A DNA stretch of 64,000 nucleotides, taken from Vicinamibacterales bacterium (GTDB lineage: Bacteria > Acidobacteriota > Vicinamibacteria > Vicinamibacterales > UBA8438). Location: positions 132,480 to 196,479 of the forward strand of contig OZ253576.1 of assembly GCA_965262985.1 (NCBI GenBank). The letters run 5' to 3'. Each line of letters starts with the position of its first letter. Positions within the stretch are counted from its first letter, which is position 1. Below are positions 9,218 through 18,714 of the stretch, piece by piece. Both the position numbers and the translations under genes were made by a program. The notes under the pieces are model-generated. The model did not search any database, was not told the DNA's origin, and saw only the letters and a program-made list of their open reading frames with translations.

Positions 9218-10255
9218 ATGCCACAACGTGTGTCATCTCCCCGCTGGTTCGGTGTGCTGGCCGCCGGTGTGGTCGCCGCCGCCACCTGGTCGGTGGGCGC
9301 CAGCGGATTCACGCCGGTCGAGACGCTGCCGGTGTTCGAGCCGGCGGTGGCGCGGGTGGCCGACCTGCCGCGCATGCGGTCACTGCTGGTGTCCGTCGAC
9401 GGCGTCCTGCAGGTCGAACAGTATTTCCATGGCGCGTCCGCGCGGCGCGCGGCGAATCTGAAATCGGCCTCGAAGAGCATCATCTCCGTGCTGGTCGGGA
9501 TTGCGCTTGATAAGGGGCATCTGGAGAGTGTGGACACCACGATCGACCAGTTCTTTCCCGAGTATCTGGACGACCCGGACAAGCGGCGCATTACGGTCGA
9601 GGACCTGTTGACGATGCGCTCGGGGCTCGAGACCACCAGCAACCGGAACTACGGGCGCTGGGTGCAGAGCGGCAACTGGGTGCGGCACGTGCTGACCCGG
9701 CCGCTGGTGGCGCCGCCCGGCACCCGGATGATCTACAGCACGGGAAGCACCCATCTGCTCTCGGCGATCATCACGAAGGCCTCCGGCATGAACACCCACC
9801 GCTTCGCGCGGCGCCATCTCGGCCAGACGATGGGCATCTCAGTGCCGCGCTGGACCGCCGATCCGCAAGGCATCCTGTTCGGGGGCAACGAGATGTCGAT
9901 GACGCCCCGGGACATGCTGGCGATCGGCGAGATGTATCTCAATTGCGGGCGGGTCGGGACGACGCAGATCGTGTCCGAGGAGTGGGTGCACACCTCGATC
10001 CGCGCCCACGCCACGCGAACCCGCAGCCCCGATCGCGCCTACGGCTACGGCTGGTGGGTGCGCGACCTGGAAGGCTACGACGCGTTCTACGCGTGGGGCT
10101 ACGGGGGCCAGTTCATCTACGTGGTGCCTGATCTGCGTCTGGTCACGGTGATGACATCGTCCCCCGATCCCGGCGCCGAGTTGCGGGCGCATCGGCGTTC
10201 GCTGTACGACCTGATGGAAGATGAAATCGTCCCGGCGGTAGCGTCCGGGGTGTGA
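9218..10255 (+). CDS. Serine hydrolase (beta-lactamase fold)
   Basis: ggagg precedes ATG 9218. It has the SxxK motif (LKSASKSIISVL), YSTGSTHLL and a signal peptide. Confidence 0.8.
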   Translation: MPQRVSSPRWFGVLAAGVVAAATWSVGASGFTPVETLPVFEPAVARVADLPRMRSLLVSVDGVLQVEQYFHGASARRAANLKSASKSIISVLVGIALDKGHLESVDTTIDQFFPEYLDDPDKRRITVEDLLTMRSGLETTSNRNYGRWVQSGNWVRHVLTRPLVAPPGTRMIYSTGSTHLLSAIITKASGMNTHRFARRHLGQTMGISVPRWTADPQGILFGGNEMSMTPRDMLAIGEMYLNCGRVGTTQIVSEEWVHTSIRAHATRTRSPDRAYGYGWWVRDLEGYDAFYAWGYGGQFIYVVPDLRLVTVMTSSPDPGAELRAHRRSLYDLMEDEIVPAVASGV

Positions 10256-10347
10256 TGCCCCCGTGGCCCGTACCGGGCGCGGTCCGATGCGCCCGGGCAC
10301 CGCGGGAGCGATGCGGTCACGGGCTGACACCAGGCAGGAGGTCCGGC

Positions 10348-12324
10348 ATGGCTCGATACGTGCGGCAGATTCTTGGACGGACCGGTTTCGCGCTGGTCGT
10401 CACCGCGCTGGCCGCGAACGCCGTGGCGCAGCAGGGTGCGCAGAACGGCGAGTGGCGGCACTACGGCGGTGACGAGGCCAATACCCGCTACTCGCCGCTC
10501 GATCAGATCAACGGGGACAACTTCAATGACCTCGAGCTGGTCTGGCGGATGAAGACCGACAACTTCGGTCCGGCGCCGGAATACAACTTGCAGTCGACGC
10601 CGCTGATGGTCGGCGGGGTCGTGTATACGACCGCCGGCACCCGCCGCGCGGTTGTGGCGGTCGATGCCGGCACCGGCGAGTATCTGTGGATGCATCGGCT
10701 CGACGAAGGAGAGCGCGGGTCAGCGGCGCCGCGCCGGCTCTCTGGTCGAGGGCTGGCATATCGTGACGACGGCGGCGCCGGTCAGATCATCTACGTCACG
10801 CCCGGCTACCGGATGATTGCGCTTCATGCCGACACCGGACAGCGTGTCTCCAGTTTCGGCGACGACGGCATCGTCGACCTGATGCAGAACATGGACCAGG
10901 AGATCGACCCGATCTCGGGCGAGATCGGGTTGCATGCCACCCCGCTCGTGGCCGGCGACACCATCGTCGTCGGGGCCGCCCACGTGCCGGGCGGCGCACC
11001 GGAATCGATGCGCAACACCAAGGGCTACATCCGCGGGTTCGACGCCGACAGCGGCGAACGCAAATGGATCTTCCACACGATTCCCGGCGGCGACGAATTT
11101 GGCAACGACACCTGGTTGAACGACTCCTGGCGTTACACCGGCAATGCCGGAGTCTGGGGGCAGATCAGCGTCGACCTCGAGCTGGGCATGGTCTATCTGC
11201 CGACGGAGATGCCGACCAACGACTACTACGGCGGTCATCGGCACGGGGACAACCTGTTCTCCGACAGCATCATCGCCGTCGACCTCGAGACCGGCCAGCG
11301 GCAGTGGCACTTCCAGGCGATCCATCACGATGTCTGGGACTGGGATTTCCCGTGCGCGCCGGTGCTGGCGGACGTCGAGATCGAAGGACGGCCTGGAATC
11401 ACGAAGATCATCGCGCAGCCGAGCAAGCAAAGCTGGTTGTATGTCCTCGACCGGGAGACCGGCGAGCCGATCTGGCCGATCGAGGAACGCCCGATGTCGC
11501 CGTCCGACGTGCCGGGGGAGTTGCTGGCGTTGACCCAGCCGTTTCCCACCCGGCCGCCCGCCTACGATCGGCAGGGGGTGAGCGAGGACGATCTGATCGA
11601 CTTCACTCCAGCGCTGCGGGCCGAGGCGCTCGAGCGCGTCTCGAACTTCCTGATGGGCCCGATCTTCACACCGCCGGTGGTGGCAGATCCTGACGGTCCC
11701 TACGGCACGCTGATGCTGCCGTCGACCGGCGGCGGCACCAACTGGCCGGGCGGGTCCATTGACCCCGAGACCGGCATCTTCTACCAGTACTCCTTCACCC
11801 AGATGGTGTCGCTGGGGCTCGTCAACGACCCGGTCCGCTCGGACATGGACTTCATCCGCGGCAACCCTCCCGGCGTGGCGCCGGCCGATCGCGCACTCAC
11901 CATCCGGGGGCTGCCGCTGGTCAAGCCGCCGTGGGGCCGCATCAGCGCGATCGATCTCAAGACCGGCGACATCATCTGGCAGATCGCCCACGGCGCCACG
12001 CCGGACAACGTGCGCGAGCATCCCGACCTGCAGGGCATCGACATTCCTCGGACCGGCCGCAGTGGCCGCGTAGGGACGTTGATCACCACGACCCTGGTGA
12101 TCGCCGGCGAGCCCGGCACCGTCACGATGCCCTCGGGAGCGCGCGGCTCGATGTTGAGAGCGTATGACAAGGCGACCGGGGCCGAGGTTGGTGCGGTCGC
12201 GATGCCGCTGGGCGTCACCGGGTCGCCGATGACCTACATGCAGGACGGATCGCAGTTCATCGTCGTCGCTGCCGGCGGCGGCGGCCAGGCCGGCGAATTG
12301 CTCGCTTACCGGCTGGTCGACTAG
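10348..12324 (+). CDS. PQQ-dependent dehydrogenase (soluble, glucose/quinate-like propeller), paralog 1
   Basis: caggagg precedes ATG 10348. The signal peptide ends AVAQQ. GEWRHYGGDEANTRYSPLDQI and HHDVWDWDFP are present. The TAG stop at 12322-12324 lies in the terminal cTAg of a MITE arm. Confidence 0.85.
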   Translation: MARYVRQILGRTGFALVVTALAANAVAQQGAQNGEWRHYGGDEANTRYSPLDQINGDNFNDLELVWRMKTDNFGPAPEYNLQSTPLMVGGVVYTTAGTRRAVVAVDAGTGEYLWMHRLDEGERGSAAPRRLSGRGLAYRDDGGAGQIIYVTPGYRMIALHADTGQRVSSFGDDGIVDLMQNMDQEIDPISGEIGLHATPLVAGDTIVVGAAHVPGGAPESMRNTKGYIRGFDADSGERKWIFHTIPGGDEFGNDTWLNDSWRYTGNAGVWGQISVDLELGMVYLPTEMPTNDYYGGHRHGDNLFSDSIIAVDLETGQRQWHFQAIHHDVWDWDFPCAPVLADVEIEGRPGITKIIAQPSKQSWLYVLDRETGEPIWPIEERPMSPSDVPGELLALTQPFPTRPPAYDRQGVSEDDLIDFTPALRAEALERVSNFLMGPIFTPPVVADPDGPYGTLMLPSTGGGTNWPGGSIDPETGIFYQYSFTQMVSLGLVNDPVRSDMDFIRGNPPGVAPADRALTIRGLPLVKPPWGRISAIDLKTGDIIWQIAHGATPDNVREHPDLQGIDIPRTGRSGRVGTLITTTLVIAGEPGTVTMPSGARGSMLRAYDKATGAEVGAVAMPLGVTGSPMTYMQDGSQFIVVAAGGGGQAGELLAYRLVD

Positions 12325-12388
12325 CAGCCCGTGGTGAAACCCCGCGTGGCACCGAGATTGGCGCTGCGCCCGCGTGGCAAGGCGCGAC
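12321..12388 (+). mobile_element. MITE-like element, truncated L arm
   Basis: The sequence ctagcagcccgtggtgaaaccccgcgtggcaccgagattggcgctgcgcccgcgtggcaaggcgcgacg matches the L arm and start of the core of the full copies. Similarity is then lost. Confidence 0.8.
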
Positions 12389-12412
12389 GGCGATGCAACG
12401 CGCGTGACAGCG

Positions 12413-13993
12413 CTACGACTCGGCGCCCGCGCGGGCGGCGCGCTCGCGGTCACGCAATTCGCGCCGGAGGATCTTGCCCGACGGCACCTTCGGGATGGCG
12501 TCGATGAACTCGACCTGACGGACCTTCTTGTGCGGCGCGACGCGGCCGGCGACGTGTGCCATGATCTCGTCCGCCGAGACCTCCGCGCCCGGTCTCACGA
12601 CGACGAACGCCTTCGGAATCTCACCGGCCTCCTCGTCAGGCACCGGAATCACGGCGGCGTCGGCGACCGCCGGATGCGCCTGGATGACCCCCTCGATCTC
12701 GGCCGGAGCGACTTGCATTCCCTTGTATTTGATGAGCTCCTTGGCCCGGTCGACCACGTACAGGTAGGCGTCCTCGTCGGCGTAGCCGATGTCGCCCGAG
12801 TGCAGCCAGCCATCCTCGTCGATCATGTCCCGGGTGGCGTCGGGATTGTTGAGATACCCCTTCATGACCTGCGGGCCGCGGATCCACACTTCTCCCAACT
12901 GCCCGGTCGCGGCGTCGGCGCCGTCCACGAGGTCGATCACGCGATATTCGGTGTTCGGCAGGACAAACCCGACCGACGTGTGCTTGATCTCCCGGTCCTT
13001 GCCGTTGGCATGAGTCACCGGGCTCGTCTCGGTCAGCCCGTAGCCCTGACGCAGCATCACGCCGTGCCGTTCGATGCACGCTTTCGCGACCGGTTCCGGC
13101 AGCGGCGCGGCGCCCGACAGGATGTTGCGCAGCTTCGACAGGTCGTAGTTGTCCACCAGCGGGTGCCTGGCCAGCGCCAGGACGATCGGGGGCACCAGAT
13201 AGGCCATGGTGACGCCATGCTTCTGCAGCAGCGCGAGGAACTGCTCGAGGTCGAAGCGCGGCATCGTGACGATGGTGGCGCCGGCCCGGAGTGCGCCGCT
13301 CATGATCACCACCATGCCGTAGATGTGGTAGAACGGCAGGATTCCGATCAGCACCTCCTCATCGGACAGGCGCTCGACCGAGTGCGTCTGACACAGGTTT
13401 GCGACCAGGTTGTGGTGCGTCAGCATGACCCCTTTCGGCAGACCGGTGGTGCCGCTCGAGTAGGGCAGCGAGACGAGATCCTCCAGTGGATCGATCTCGA
13501 CCACCGGCGGCGCTTCACCCTCCTGAGCGAGCGCGGCGAACGGGGTGGCGCCCGGCGCCTCGCCGAATACGAAGATCTCCTCCACGCTGGTACCCGCAAC
13601 CGCCTGCTGCGCCTTGTCGAGGAACTGGGGAATCGTGACCAGGAACTTCGCCTTCGAATCGGTGAGCTGACGTTTCAGCTCGTTCGCCGTATAGAGCGGA
13701 TTGACCGTCGTGCAGGCTCCGCCCGCGGTCGCGACCCCGAAGAACGCGATGGCGTACTCGGGGAGATTCGGGCTGTAGATGGCGAAGACGTCGTGCTTGC
13801 CGAAGCCGCGCGCCGCCAGACAGGCGGCCGTGCTCCGCACCGCCTGCACGAGTTGTCCGTAGGTGATCGTGCGTCCGGTCGGGCCGTCGATCAGGGCGGC
13901 CTTGCCGGCGAACCGCTCAGCGTGCTCGAACAGGAAGTCCTGGAGCGGTACGTTCGGGATGGCGACGTCGGGGTAGGGACTGCGATAGATCAT
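12413..13993 (-). CDS. AMP-dependent acyl-CoA ligase (4-coumarate/long-chain-fatty-acid CoA ligase type)
   Basis: It starts at the MIYRSPYPDV ATG at 13993. The AMP-binding motif is LPYSSGTTGLPKGV. Also present are GYGLTE, GWLHSGDIGY and the C-terminal PSGKILRR. Confidence 0.9.
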   Translation of the reverse strand: MIYRSPYPDVAIPNVPLQDFLFEHAERFAGKAALIDGPTGRTITYGQLVQAVRSTAACLAARGFGKHDVFAIYSPNLPEYAIAFFGVATAGGACTTVNPLYTANELKRQLTDSKAKFLVTIPQFLDKAQQAVAGTSVEEIFVFGEAPGATPFAALAQEGEAPPVVEIDPLEDLVSLPYSSGTTGLPKGVMLTHHNLVANLCQTHSVERLSDEEVLIGILPFYHIYGMVVIMSGALRAGATIVTMPRFDLEQFLALLQKHGVTMAYLVPPIVLALARHPLVDNYDLSKLRNILSGAAPLPEPVAKACIERHGVMLRQGYGLTETSPVTHANGKDREIKHTSVGFVLPNTEYRVIDLVDGADAATGQLGEVWIRGPQVMKGYLNNPDATRDMIDEDGWLHSGDIGYADEDAYLYVVDRAKELIKYKGMQVAPAEIEGVIQAHPAVADAAVIPVPDEEAGEIPKAFVVVRPGAEVSADEIMAHVAGRVAPHKKVRQVEFIDAIPKVPSGKILRRELRDRERAARAGAES

Positions 13994-14026
13994 CGTCGTC
14001 TCCGCATGCGCGTGTCCGGGCGCAGC

Positions 14027-14078
14027 GCCAATCTCGGTGCAACGCGGGGTCTTACCACGGGCTGCTAATAGGGTATGC
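14027..14078 (-). mobile_element. MITE-like element, truncated L arm in inverted orientation
   Basis: The reverse complement reads (t)tagcagcccgtggtaagaccccgcgttgcaccgagattggcgctgcgcccgg. This is an L-type arm, 34 nt upstream of the ligase start. Confidence 0.8.
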
Positions 14079-14189
14079 CAGCGCGGCCCATGGTCCAAGA
14101 ACGTGTGCAACGGCGGGAACTCGCGCCAGGTGTCATTTCGAACTGGTGCGGTGCCGCGCACTGCCAGGCGGTCGCCGCAGCGCGCACTG

Positions 14190-14990
14190 TCAGGCCACAC
14201 AGGTGCCGCCGTCGACGGGAATGACCGCGCCGTTGGTGTAGGCGCCGGCTCGGGACGCCAGATAGATCGCGATGCCAGCCATCTCCTCGGGGCGGCCGAT
14301 ACGTCCCAGTGGACAGTTCCGCTCGATGTCCGTCCGGAACCGTTCGAGCGACGCCCTGGTCATCCTGCTCTCGAAGAATCCCGGTGCCACGGCGTTCACG
14401 GTGATGTGGCGCGGTGCGAGCTCGAGGGCGAGCGCCGCCGTCAGGTGGTGGACCGCCGCCTTGCTCGCGGAATAGGGAAAGGTGCCGGTGCGCAGTACGG
14501 TCGGCGCCTTGATGCCATCCATCGATCCGATGTTGATGACCCGCGACGGGTCGTCCGGGCGGGCCGCGGCGGCGAGCAGCGGCGTCAGATCGCGGGTCAG
14601 GAAGAACAGCGCCGTCAGGTTGAGATCGAGCACCTTGCGGAAGCCGTGTTCCGGGAACTCCGCGTAGGGCGCGCCCCAGGCGGCGCCGGCGTTGTTCACG
14701 AGGATGTCGAGTCGGGGGGTCCGTTCTCCGAGCGCTCGGACCAGACGTGTCCGGTCGTTGTCATCCGCGACGTCGGCCGGCAGGGAATGGCAGGGGCCGT
14801 GCGCCGACAGTTCGGCGGCCACCTGCTCGCAGACCGCCGTCTTGCGCGCCGATATGTATACGGTCGCGCCGGCCTGCAGATAGCCCTCGGCGATCATCCT
14901 GCCGATGCCTCGCGAGCCTCCGGTGACCAGCGCGGTCTTGCCGGTGAGATCGAAGAGGGTCGATACGGTGATCGTGGCGGCGGGCGTCAC
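14190..14990 (-). CDS. SDR family oxidoreductase
   Basis: The start is GTG at 14990. TGGSRGIG is the Rossmann motif. NNAG and YSASKAA (YxxxK) are present. Confidence 0.9.
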   Translation of the reverse strand: MTPAATITVSTLFDLTGKTALVTGGSRGIGRMIAEGYLQAGATVYISARKTAVCEQVAAELSAHGPCHSLPADVADDNDRTRLVRALGERTPRLDILVNNAGAAWGAPYAEFPEHGFRKVLDLNLTALFFLTRDLTPLLAAAARPDDPSRVINIGSMDGIKAPTVLRTGTFPYSASKAAVHHLTAALALELAPRHITVNAVAPGFFESRMTRASLERFRTDIERNCPLGRIGRPEEMAGIAIYLASRAGAYTNGAVIPVDGGTCVA

Positions 14991-15012
14991 GGCGTTTCTC
15001 TCTCGCCGGGCG

Positions 15013-15492
15013 TCAGTCCTGGTTCGCGAGCGGGATGAACAGCGAGATACGGTCCTCGCTGCCGACGGCCCGCGAGATGTGTCCCTGTCCGGTCACGTCC
15101 TCGGCCAGCAGGATGTGTCCGGGGTGAAGCTGAATTCTGGTGCCGTCCCCGATTTCCACCTCGCTCGTGCCGCTCAGGGTGATGACGTATTGCTTGCGCG
15201 GCGCCGTGTGCCAGTCGATGAAGTAGTCGGGAGACGTGCGCCGGAACTGCAGGCTGGTGACGTCGACCGGCTCCGACAGCTCGGTGGCGCCGCGCTGCGC
15301 GCCGAGCGGCACCTCGTATTCCTCGGCGTGGGTCTTGTCGTCCGGACCGGTATAGATGCGGGTGACCCGGATCGGGGAGCGCTCCTGGGCGGCGGCGTGG
15401 ATCTCGCCCGTCCAATGCAGGCCGACGAACGCCAGGGTCGGTATCCATCCGAGCGCAACGATTACGGTCGCGATCCTGCGTGCTGGTCTCAT
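15013..15492 (-). CDS. Cupin-like domain protein with an N-terminal membrane anchor or signal
   Basis: ATG 15492 begins MRPARRIATVIVALGW. The C-terminal beta-rich segment YVITLSGTSEVEIGDGTRIQLHPGHILLAED is cupin-like. Confidence 0.55.
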   Translation of the reverse strand: MRPARRIATVIVALGWIPTLAFVGLHWTGEIHAAAQERSPIRVTRIYTGPDDKTHAEEYEVPLGAQRGATELSEPVDVTSLQFRRTSPDYFIDWHTAPRKQYVITLSGTSEVEIGDGTRIQLHPGHILLAEDVTGQGHISRAVGSEDRISLFIPLANQD

Positions 15493-15528
15493 GACGGTCT
15501 CCAGTCTGCCTCTGTCAACGGTGAGCCT

Positions 15529-15543
15529 GCGCTGATTATAGCG
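15529..15543 (-). promoter_or_regulatory. Putative -10 promoter element cgcTATAATcagcgc
   Basis: The reverse complement of gcgctgattatagcg is identical to 7136-7150. TATAAT lies 43 nt upstream of the cupin ATG. Confidence 0.45.
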
Positions 15544-15639
15544 TCCACTCCCGTGGCAAGAGTCCCGCTGCATGTGACCGGCGCTGTATCCCGTCGAGCG
15601 GCCCGCCGGAGCCAACTATGGTAGGGTCCGGGAACGATC

Positions 15640-16965
15640 ATGCGCGACTCCCCGCTCCTCGAGCGCGTCGGACTGCACCGACCGGAGTTGCGCGCCTGGG
15701 CGATGTACGACTGGGCCAACTCCGCGTTCATGGCCACGGTCGTGACGGCAGTGTTCCCAATCTACTTCGCGTCGGTGGCGGCTGCCGATCTCGAACCGGT
15801 CGACGCAAGCGCCCGTTTCGGAGTGATCACGACCATCGCACTCTCTATCGTCGCGGTGCTGGCACCGGTGCTGGGCGCTATCGCCGATGTGGCCGCCATC
15901 AAGAAGAGGATGCTCGGCGTGTTTCTGGCGCTCGGTGTGGTGGCGACCGCCTGCATGTTCTTCATCGGCCGGGGCGACTGGCTGCTGGCGGCCCTGCTCT
16001 TCGTGCTGGCCAACATCGGCGCGACGGCCAGCTTCGTGTTCTACGACTCGTTGTTGCCGCACATCGCGCGCACCGACGAGATGGACCGGGTCTCGACGTC
16101 GGGGTACGCGCTCGGATACCTGGGCGGCGGGGTGCTGCTGCTGGTGAATCTGGCCTGGATCCAGCGGCCCGACCTGTTCGGGTTGAGCGGGGCGGAGATT
16201 GCCAGTCGGCTGTCGTTCGTCAGCGTTGCAGTCTGGTGGCTCGCGTTCTCGATTCCGTTGTTCCGGACCGTCCCGGAGCCGCAGAAGGCGTTGGAATCTG
16301 ACGAGCGTGCCGGACAAAACCAGCTTCGCGCCGCGTTCATACGCCTCGGAGAGACCTTGCGGGAGCTGCGAGGCTACCGGCAGGCGTTTCTGATGATGAT
16401 GGCGTTCCTGGTCTACAACGACGGTATCGGTACGATCATCCGGATGGCGGGGGTGTTCGGCACCGAGATAGGGCTCGATCAGGCCGACATCATCACTGCC
16501 TTCGTCCTGGTGCAGTTCATCGGTGTGCCGTTCGCCTTTCTGTTCGGACAGGTCGCCGGCTGGCTGGGGGCGAAACGCGCGATCTTCCTGGCGCTGGCCG
16601 TGTACACCGTGATCAGTATCCTCGCGTACGGCATGACGACCGCCGCCGAGTTCTATACCCTGGCCGTCATGGTCGGGATGGTGCAGGGCGGGAGTCAGGC
16701 GCTCAGTCGGTCGCTGTTCGCCAGCATGGTCCCCAAGCACAAGTCCTCGGAGTTCTTCGGCTTCTTCGGTGTGTTCGAGAAGTTCGCCGGCATCGTCGGT
16801 CCGGGCGTCTTCACGATGATGATCCTCGTCACGGGGTCGAGTCGCGGCGCCATCCTGTCGATTATCGCGTTCTTCGTCATCGGCGGTCTGCTGCTGGCCC
16901 GGGTCGACGTAGGGGAAGGGCAGCGGGTGGCGCGCGCCGCCGAGGCGGATCTGCGCCGGGGCTGA
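15640..16965 (+). CDS. MFS transporter (UMF1 / Atg22-like family)
   Basis: It has the YDWANSAF signature near the N-terminus and about 12 hydrophobic segments. Confidence 0.85.
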   Translation: MRDSPLLERVGLHRPELRAWAMYDWANSAFMATVVTAVFPIYFASVAAADLEPVDASARFGVITTIALSIVAVLAPVLGAIADVAAIKKRMLGVFLALGVVATACMFFIGRGDWLLAALLFVLANIGATASFVFYDSLLPHIARTDEMDRVSTSGYALGYLGGGVLLLVNLAWIQRPDLFGLSGAEIASRLSFVSVAVWWLAFSIPLFRTVPEPQKALESDERAGQNQLRAAFIRLGETLRELRGYRQAFLMMMAFLVYNDGIGTIIRMAGVFGTEIGLDQADIITAFVLVQFIGVPFAFLFGQVAGWLGAKRAIFLALAVYTVISILAYGMTTAAEFYTLAVMVGMVQGGSQALSRSLFASMVPKHKSSEFFGFFGVFEKFAGIVGPGVFTMMILVTGSSRGAILSIIAFFVIGGLLLARVDVGEGQRVARAAEADLRRG

Positions 16966-17003
16966 CCTGCCGCGCGCCGGCGGTCCGTCCGCCGCGGCGG
17001 AGG

Positions 17004-17411
17004 TCAGTCCGCGGCATTGGAGACGGGCGCCGGGACGACGCCCTCGGCCTCGAAGACCTCGCGCGCCAGGCGAAATGCCTCCACCCCGGCCGGAATGCCG
17101 CAGTACACCGCGACCTGCAGCAGCGTGTCCCGGATCTCCGCCACCGTGCAGCCGTTGCGCACCGCGCCGCGCACGTGGGTCTTGAATTCGACGCCGCGGT
17201 TGAGGGCGGCGATCATGCTCAGGTTGATGAGGCTCCGTTGCCGGTCGCTGAGCGTGGTCCTGGTCCAGACCGTACCCCAGCAGTACTCGCTCACCAGGTG
17301 CTGAAACTCGGCGTTGAAGCTGTCCAATCCGTCGAGTGCGCGGTCGACATACGCGTCGCCCAGCACCTTCCGTCTGGCATGCAGCCCCTTGTCATGCAGC
17401 GTCGTGGACAT
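17004..17411 (-). CDS. Carboxymuconolactone decarboxylase family protein (PcaC-like)
   Basis: This 135-aa protein starts at ATG 17411. EYCWGTVWTR, LSDRQRSLINLSMIAAL and VAVYCGIPAG fit the family. Confidence 0.85.
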   Translation of the reverse strand: MSTTLHDKGLHARRKVLGDAYVDRALDGLDSFNAEFQHLVSEYCWGTVWTRTTLSDRQRSLINLSMIAALNRGVEFKTHVRGAVRNGCTVAEIRDTLLQVAVYCGIPAGVEAFRLAREVFEAEGVVPAPVSNAAD

Positions 17412-17531
17412 CGTCGTGGTCTCCTCTGCGGTTCGTTGCGGGCCGCGAGTGTACCATTCACGGCGGTCACGGCCGGCGACCGCTGCGCCGGCGCCATGGC
17501 GGCTGGCCGGCCAGGGTGTGAGAGGAGACGC

Positions 17532-18692
17532 ATGGATTTCACGTTGAGCGAGGAACAGCGGGCGCTGCAGGCGGCCGCGCGGGCGTTTGCCCGCGGCGAG
17601 ATGACCGCGGTGGCCGAGCGGACCGAGCGCGATGCCGTGCCGTTGTCGCGCGACTGGGTCAAGCGCTACGCCGAGATGGGCTTTCTCGGTGTGAACGTGT
17701 CTGCGAGGCACGGCGGGCTCGGACTCGGGAACGTGGACGCGTTCCTCGTGCTGGAGGAGTTCGCCAAGGTCTCGTCGGCGGTGGCGTTCCCGATCTTCGA
17801 GTCGGTGGCCGGTCCTGTGCGCGCGCTCGAGCACTTTGCGGAGGACGCGCTGAAACAGCGGGTGATTCCCGCCGTCTGCCGGGGCGAGATGATCGTCGCC
17901 GTCGCGATGTCGGAGCCGGACGCCGGTACGGCGCTGACCGATCTGCGAACGCGGGCCGAGCGGCGCGGAGACCGGATCGTGATCAACGGCGCCAAGCGCT
18001 GGTGCTCGGGCGGCGGCCACTCGGATGCCTATCTGGTCTATTGCAGGCTGTCCGAGGCGCCCGGCGCGAAGGGCATCGGCGCGGTCTATGTCGAGAAGGG
18101 GACGCCGGGACTCACGTTCGGCGAGCAGGAACAGCTCATGGGGTTTCGCGGCATCCCGGAGTCGGATCTCTACTTCGACGAGGTGTCGGTGCCGGCCGAC
18201 CAGCTCGTCGTGCCGGCCGGCGGCTTCCCCAAGCTGATGCAGGCGTTCGACCTGGAGCGCTGCGGCAACGCCACCATGGCGCTCGGTCAGGCGTCGGGGG
18301 CGCTGGAGGATGCGCTGGTCTGGGTGCAGGAACGACGCCAGTTCGGCAAACCGATCGTCGAGTTCCAGGCGGTGCAACTCAAGCTGGCCGAGATGGCGAT
18401 GCGGGTCGAATCGTCCCGGCTCCTCATTCAGCGGGCCGCGCAGAGCGCCGAGGGCGGGTTGCCGACGATCCTCGATTCGAGCATCGCGAAATGCGTGGCC
18501 AACGAGGCGGCCCGTGAGGTGACCAGCGCCGCGGTGCAGCTCATGGGTGGCTACGGCTACTCGCGCGACTACCCGATGGAGCGGCGCATGCGTGATGCGT
18601 GGGGCTGGGGTATCGCCGGCGGCACCATCGACATCCAGAAGGTGAACATCGCCTCGGCACTCGTTGGCCGGCGGTTCAACCAGCGTCGATGA
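17532..18692 (+). CDS. Acyl-CoA dehydrogenase
   Basis: agaggag precedes ATG 17532. MDFTLSEEQ opens the protein. AMSEPDAGT, RWCSGGGH and the C-terminal GGYGYSRDYPMERRMRD are present. Confidence 0.9.
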   Translation: MDFTLSEEQRALQAAARAFARGEMTAVAERTERDAVPLSRDWVKRYAEMGFLGVNVSARHGGLGLGNVDAFLVLEEFAKVSSAVAFPIFESVAGPVRALEHFAEDALKQRVIPAVCRGEMIVAVAMSEPDAGTALTDLRTRAERRGDRIVINGAKRWCSGGGHSDAYLVYCRLSEAPGAKGIGAVYVEKGTPGLTFGEQEQLMGFRGIPESDLYFDEVSVPADQLVVPAGGFPKLMQAFDLERCGNATMALGQASGALEDALVWVQERRQFGKPIVEFQAVQLKLAEMAMRVESSRLLIQRAAQSAEGGLPTILDSSIAKCVANEAAREVTSAAVQLMGGYGYSRDYPMERRMRDAWGWGIAGGTIDIQKVNIASALVGRRFNQRR

Positions 18693-18714
18693 CCCCCTCC
18701 GCCGCCGCTCCGGG

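Noticed and set aside
11320-11350. A WDWD / WDYD motif in the three PQQ dehydrogenases (HHDVWDWDFP, HHGLWDYDLP, HHGLWDYDFP) looked like a possible lanthanide-dependent (XoxF/ExaF-type D-x-D) signature.
   Set aside because: The surrounding HH-x-WD-x-D-x-P context is, as I remember it, the pattern of glucose/quinate-type quinoproteins (E. coli mGDH has HHDLWDMD). It is not the DxWDYDG(V/I)NE context of XoxF. I make no claim without an alignment.
12344-12360. A sigma-54-like TGGCAC-N5-TTGGC sequence lies inside the MITE L arm.
   Set aside because: The spacing is off by one relative to TGGCAC-N5-TTGC. The other copies have TTGCAC or TAGCAC at the GG position, so the sequence is not a conserved feature of the element.
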